A stretch of DNA of 64,000 bases from a candidate division WOR-3 bacterium (lineage in GTDB: Bacteria > Hydrothermota > 32-111), in contig JBBFKX010000002.1 of assembly GCA_037481815.1 (NCBI GenBank), positions 367,647-431,646 on the forward strand, read 5' to 3'. Shown piece by piece: positions 60,295 through 64,000 of this stretch (positions are counted from its first letter, which is position 1; every line of letters starts with the position of its first letter). Both the position numbers and the translations under genes were made by a program. A model generated the notes under the pieces. That model made no database searches, was not told where the DNA came from, and saw nothing but the letters and a program-made list of their open reading frames with translations.

Positions 60295-60468
60295 TTATGG
60301 GTTAAAAATTTTATATACTATACCAAGAAAAATAAAACCAACTATTATTCCAAATATTCCAAATGACGGATCGAAAACAAAGAGCAAAAATCTAACAATA
60401 ATTATCATCAAAAAAAGTAACCCAATCATCGTCAGAATAAATTTAAAAAAGATTTTTAAATTTTCCAT
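60295..60468 (-). CDS. 57-aa two-TM membrane peptide
   Basis: Hand translation MENLKIFFKFILTMIGLLFLMIIIVRFLLFVFDPSFGIFGIIVGFIFLGIVYKIFNP; RBS GGGAGGG. Confidence 0.7.
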   Translation of the reverse strand: MENLKIFFKFILTMIGLLFLMIIIVRFLLFVFDPSFGIFGIIVGFIFLGIVYKIFNP

Positions 60469-60522
60469 ATCCCTCCCTTTATGTTAATAAAACTGAAAAA
60501 TTTTTCAAAAAACAAAAATATT

Positions 60523-61077
60523 TTAGTAAGGTAAATCTTCTTCATCAACATCATAGAATTCATCAAAATCATAAATAAAGTAATTCTTTATTCTTTCTCC
60601 AATATCTTTTTTTATTTCATTTTCAAGTGTCTTCAAATTTGTTGAAATATCATTTAGTAGATTTTCAATTTCAATTCTAAATATAGGAAAGTATCTAATT
60701 TCATAAAGTTCCCCTATCATTATATTTTTCTTTTTCATTTCAACTTCAAAAATATCAGCTAATATTGGAAAGAAAGTTTTGTTGCATATTACAGTATAAA
60801 TAAAATCCGATTTAATAATTGCTGGAGCGTTTGCAATTTCTTTATTATATAAGATAACCGAAGCAATATCTCTTGGCTCAGGTAAAAAATTTGTTAAAAT
60901 AAATTTTAATATATCTTTGTTTTTATCATTGCAATAAAGATATTCAAACAGTTGATCAAGATTCATAATGTTTTTTGTATCATAATTTTTACCAAAAAGA
61001 TAAAATGTGAAATCAGCATATTTCAAAAGGTAATTGCAGATTGTTTCAACAGTGATCTGTTTTCTTCCGTTTAACAT
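60523..61077 (-). CDS. Hypothetical protein (paralog of 61208-61771)
   Basis: RBS AAGGAG; patterned similarity to the upstream ORF. Confidence 0.65.
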   Translation of the reverse strand: MLNGRKQITVETICNYLLKYADFTFYLFGKNYDTKNIMNLDQLFEYLYCNDKNKDILKFILTNFLPEPRDIASVILYNKEIANAPAIIKSDFIYTVICNKTFFPILADIFEVEMKKKNIMIGELYEIRYFPIFRIEIENLLNDISTNLKTLENEIKKDIGERIKNYFIYDFDEFYDVDEEDLPY

Positions 61078-61078
61078 A

Positions 61079-61177
61079 TTACTCCTTTTTTAAATTTTTT
61101 AATATGATAAATCTGACAATAATCATTTTAGAAACAAGAAAAATTACACACAAAAATACTGTAGGAAATTTTACCAT
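61079..61177 (-). CDS. 32-aa hydrophobic peptide (related to 60295-60468; may be decayed)
   Basis: MVKFPTVFLCVIFLVSKMIIVRFIILKNLKKE; RBS GGGAGGG; shares MII(I)VRF. Confidence 0.4.
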   Translation of the reverse strand: MVKFPTVFLCVIFLVSKMIIVRFIILKNLKKE

Positions 61178-61207
61178 TATCTCTTCCCTCCCTTTTTATT
61201 TAATTTT

Positions 61208-61771
61208 CTAAACAAAACAAAATGGATCTATAAAATCATCGTAAATGAAAGATTTATAAGTGCCTTTAACAAAAAAAGATCTATTTTTTAATTCCTCTAT
61301 AAATATTGTTGTATAAATGTTATATATATCTTTAAAATTTCTCTCTATATCTTTTACAGCATTTTTAAAATCCGGTGTTGTATTACCAGTTTTTATTATA
61401 TCTACTAAAATAGATTCTGTTATGTTATAACGATTAAGAATTCTACCAAGTTCAAAAGAACAATGGACCATTTCATTTATCGGCCTTATAAAATAAAGAA
61501 ACTTTGCAACCTGTTTTAAATTTTCAGTATCTATTTTACTAAAAAAATAGTATGGAATACCCGTACGAACAATATGAATATGAAAATCTATTAAAAATTT
61601 ATATACTTCTCTATTTTCTTCATTGCTAAAAATACTTTTAAGTATTTCATCTGCACTCCTTTCATCATCTGAAAATTTATGATTATATAATTTACAATAG
61701 AATTCCATATACTCAACAAGAAACTTTACTATCCCATCCATTGTTACTTGATTATTTTTTTTCTTTTCCAT
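61208..61771 (-). CDS. Hypothetical protein (paralog of 60523-61077)
   Basis: RBS GGAGGG; 187 aa. Confidence 0.65.
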   Translation of the reverse strand: MEKKKNNQVTMDGIVKFLVEYMEFYCKLYNHKFSDDERSADEILKSIFSNEENREVYKFLIDFHIHIVRTGIPYYFFSKIDTENLKQVAKFLYFIRPINEMVHCSFELGRILNRYNITESILVDIIKTGNTTPDFKNAVKDIERNFKDIYNIYTTIFIEELKNRSFFVKGTYKSFIYDDFIDPFCFV

Positions 61772-62371
61772 TTACCCTCCTTTTTTGTTATTTTTTCAAA
61801 AAAACATAACCTTATGGCTTCCAGTTAAATCGTTCTGATGAATTTGAATTTTGAGGGCTTTTAATACAAATAAACTTAAATTTTTTTGAAAAACAAAAAA
61901 TTTTTAAAAATTTTTTATCTTCAGTTTGTTTTTATAACATTAAGAACAGGACAATTTTTTCTGTATTATCCCATAATTCAAAAGTAATCATTTTTTAAAA
62001 TCTGTTAAATGTAAATTGAAAGCAAAAGGTCTAAAAAGGATACAGGATACCAATAAAACTACAATCATCTTTACTATTTAATTTTTCCAAATCAATATTT
62101 TTATATAAAATAATGGTTATATTTTTATAAATAAATCATTAACCATTTTCCTCTCCCTTTTTAATGTAAAACTATTCATAATCTTTAGGTTAAAATTTCA
62201 TCTAAGTACCCATAAAAACTCTTTTTTTTTCGGAAATAAAAAATTTACAAAATTAGGAAATGTTTTAAATAATTTGGATTTTTGATACTAAAAATTTTTT
62301 AATATTTTTATTTTCGAACACCCCGTTAACTTATTTTTTTAAATATACTTATAAAAAAATGTCAAAAAGTC

Positions 62372-62407
62372 AAGCACCGTCCCCAAGTTAAGCACCGTCC
62401 CCAAGTT
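62372..62407. repeat. Tandem 18-bp direct repeat AAGCACCGTCCCCAAGTT x2
   Basis: Exact copies at 62372-62389 and 62390-62407, GC-rich in an AT-rich spacer. Confidence 0.9.
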
Positions 62408-62428
62408 AACCAAATTATAATAATAAAA

Positions 62429-63553
62429 TTATTCATTTCCATATTCTCTATTTAGATAATCTGCTGCCCAATTTAAATTGACACTATTATTATCAGATAT
62501 TTCGATTCCAAATTTTCCTCCAAAATCATCTCTTTTATATGTTCCAATTAATATTTTCTTACCAGTATCAACTTTGAAATAATTTCCTTTTATTGCTCCT
62601 TGTCCATGATAGGGCATTGAATAGCAGGTTTTGATCCATCTATTATTCCTCCAAACTTCATAGACAAAATCTTGAAAACCTTCTGGATAATGATGCTCAC
62701 TAAATGTTGGTTCTTTTCTTTCATCATCATTCAAATTAGTTAAATTTGGAGCTTTAGGATACCTAATTCTAAAAGATTCAAGATATATAGTTCCAAGAGT
62801 ATTTAATGAATACAAAAATCCTTCTTTTGTATCTATTATATCAATAAATACTTTCAATTTTTCATCCAATTCAATTTCATTAGTATTATCAATAGTATCT
62901 TCTCTTTCTAAAAGAGACAATAGATCAGCATTTTTTCCTAAAATATCATAGTCCAATGAAATAGGTAATGGGGGAAAATCTATAATTTCATTAAATTTTT
63001 CATGTTTATAAAACACAGGAACATTTAGCGCTTGACCAAAAATAACAGCAACTGCTATTTGTGCCTTATATCCCCCAGTTGCATCTATTGCAACATTATT
63101 TAATCCATATTTTTTAATCATTTTACCAAGTTTTTTAACAAGATTTCTTAATCCTTCTTTTTTAAATTTTTTAGGATCTTTATCTTGAAGCAACTCAACT
63201 ATTTCAACTTCGATATTATTAAGATTTAAATCTTCTCTATTTTCATAATATAGTTGAAGAAATTTACCTGTATTCTTGCCATCTTCAGTATCAGAGACAA
63301 AAAATATAATATTTTCTAATGTTAACCAGCTTTTCTTTCTTATTTCTTCAATTGTATTAATCTCTGCGCCACAAAATCTTTCTGAAGGATTTATAGATTG
63401 AAATAGTTTAGATAATTTGTCCCATTGCTTATTTTCAAAAGAATCTTTAATTTCTTTCCAATTTTCTGGTTTTTTTTCAAAATTTTCATTTAATTTTTTT
63501 AAATTCCCTTCAAATAAACTAGTTCCAACAGTACACAATAAAGTCGTTTTCAT
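62429..63553 (-). CDS. CRISPR-associated CARF protein, APE2256 family, with C-terminal extension
   Basis: L.TVGTSL, AEINT, SDT.DG, GL.NL, ATGGYKA, Y.HE.F.EII..PPLP; adjacent to a CRISPR array. Confidence 0.85.
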   Translation of the reverse strand: MKTTLLCTVGTSLFEGNLKKLNENFEKKPENWKEIKDSFENKQWDKLSKLFQSINPSERFCGAEINTIEEIRKKSWLTLENIIFFVSDTEDGKNTGKFLQLYYENREDLNLNNIEVEIVELLQDKDPKKFKKEGLRNLVKKLGKMIKKYGLNNVAIDATGGYKAQIAVAVIFGQALNVPVFYKHEKFNEIIDFPPLPISLDYDILGKNADLLSLLEREDTIDNTNEIELDEKLKVFIDIIDTKEGFLYSLNTLGTIYLESFRIRYPKAPNLTNLNDDERKEPTFSEHHYPEGFQDFVYEVWRNNRWIKTCYSMPYHGQGAIKGNYFKVDTGKKILIGTYKRDDFGGKFGIEISDNNSVNLNWAADYLNREYGNE

Positions 63554-63652
63554 ATTTTTATCCTCTTTTAAGTTTTTTAATATTAAATTCTGTCAATTTT
63601 TAAAAATATCATCTAAGTTTTGGATTATCAAGCTTCAAAAATATTAAATAAA

Positions 63653-64000
63653 CGCCAATAACCAAAAATAGAGCAATAAAGAGTGTGATACTGACAGCAT
63701 TTTTTACTGATGCTCCTGGTAAGTTTCCATACCATAAATGGTGCGATTAAGAGAAAACCAGGAACTGACGTTATAATAAATATATTTGCAATGTTTCCAT
63801 ACCATAAATGGTGCGATTAAGAGAGATATGGACAATTATATATACCTAAGGTTTCTGATATGTTTCCATACCATAAATGGTGCGATTAAGAGGGAAAAGA
63901 AAAACCACCTGTTATCAGTGATAGTTTAAGTTTGTTTCCATACCAGAAATGGTGCGATTAAGAGAGGGGTGGATCTTATGCTGATGTTGATTTAAAGATT
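63653..64000 (-). CRISPR. CRISPR array (trailer end; runs off the window). Repeat 5'-CTCTTAATCGCACCATTTATGGTATGGAAAC-3' (31 bp)
   Basis: Repeats at 63723-63753, 63793-63823, 63862-63892 and 63934-63964 (last has one substitution), plus a degenerate repeat at 63653-63683; spacers 39, 39, 38 and 41 bp and one partial. Confidence 0.95.

Noticed and set aside
59924..60487. 187-aa plus-strand ORF
   Set aside because: Antisense to three minus-strand genes that have RBSs; shadow ORF.
62361..62373. GTCAAAAAGTCAA shared with the TetR operator arm at 35168-35180
   Set aside because: Only one arm, of low complexity, at a gene 3' end; probably chance.
50700..63600. Prophage or integrative element as the carrier of the island
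   Set aside because: No integrase, transposase, phage structural gene or att-like flanking repeat was seen in the window.
63684..64000. Self-targeting spacers within the window
   Set aside because: No match noticed by eye; a BLASTN of each spacer is needed, so no claim is made.

Overview
AT-rich bacterial chromosome segment. OmpA, SurA, LolA-like and T9SS-type C-terminal-domain proteins together with 2-oxoacid:ferredoxin oxidoreductase and desulfoferrodoxin suggest an anaerobic diderm, possibly FCB-group related (inference). Most of the window (3.6-50.7 kb) is housekeeping and envelope genes in long overlapping minus-strand operons: ffh, ddl, pdp/deoC/cdd, C25, S55 and M16 peptidases, a TetR-MMPL module, rlmD, pdxA/surA/mfd, and kor with fumarate hydratase. 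There are two accessory regions. (1) At 0.2-3.1 kb a 621-bp near-perfect direct repeat brackets a cassette encoding a Cys-rich lipoprotein, a membrane protein and a decayed tRNA-like remnant. (2) At 50.8-64 kb a defence-island-like block holds a tightly coupled operon (DUF4236, SAM methyltransferase, DUF1848, PP2C phosphatase, coiled-coil protein, ClpB-D2-like AAA+ ATPase, NrdG-like radical SAM, Zn-ribbon-FHA, membrane Ser/Thr kinase), a tandemly duplicated orphan unit, an APE2256-type CARF gene and the trailer end of a CRISPR array. That operon is the best candidate for an undescribed system. A promoter-hairpin-terminator sRNA candidate (22756-22826) and several apparently leaderless genes were also seen. 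All family calls come from motif recognition by eye; no database searches were run.
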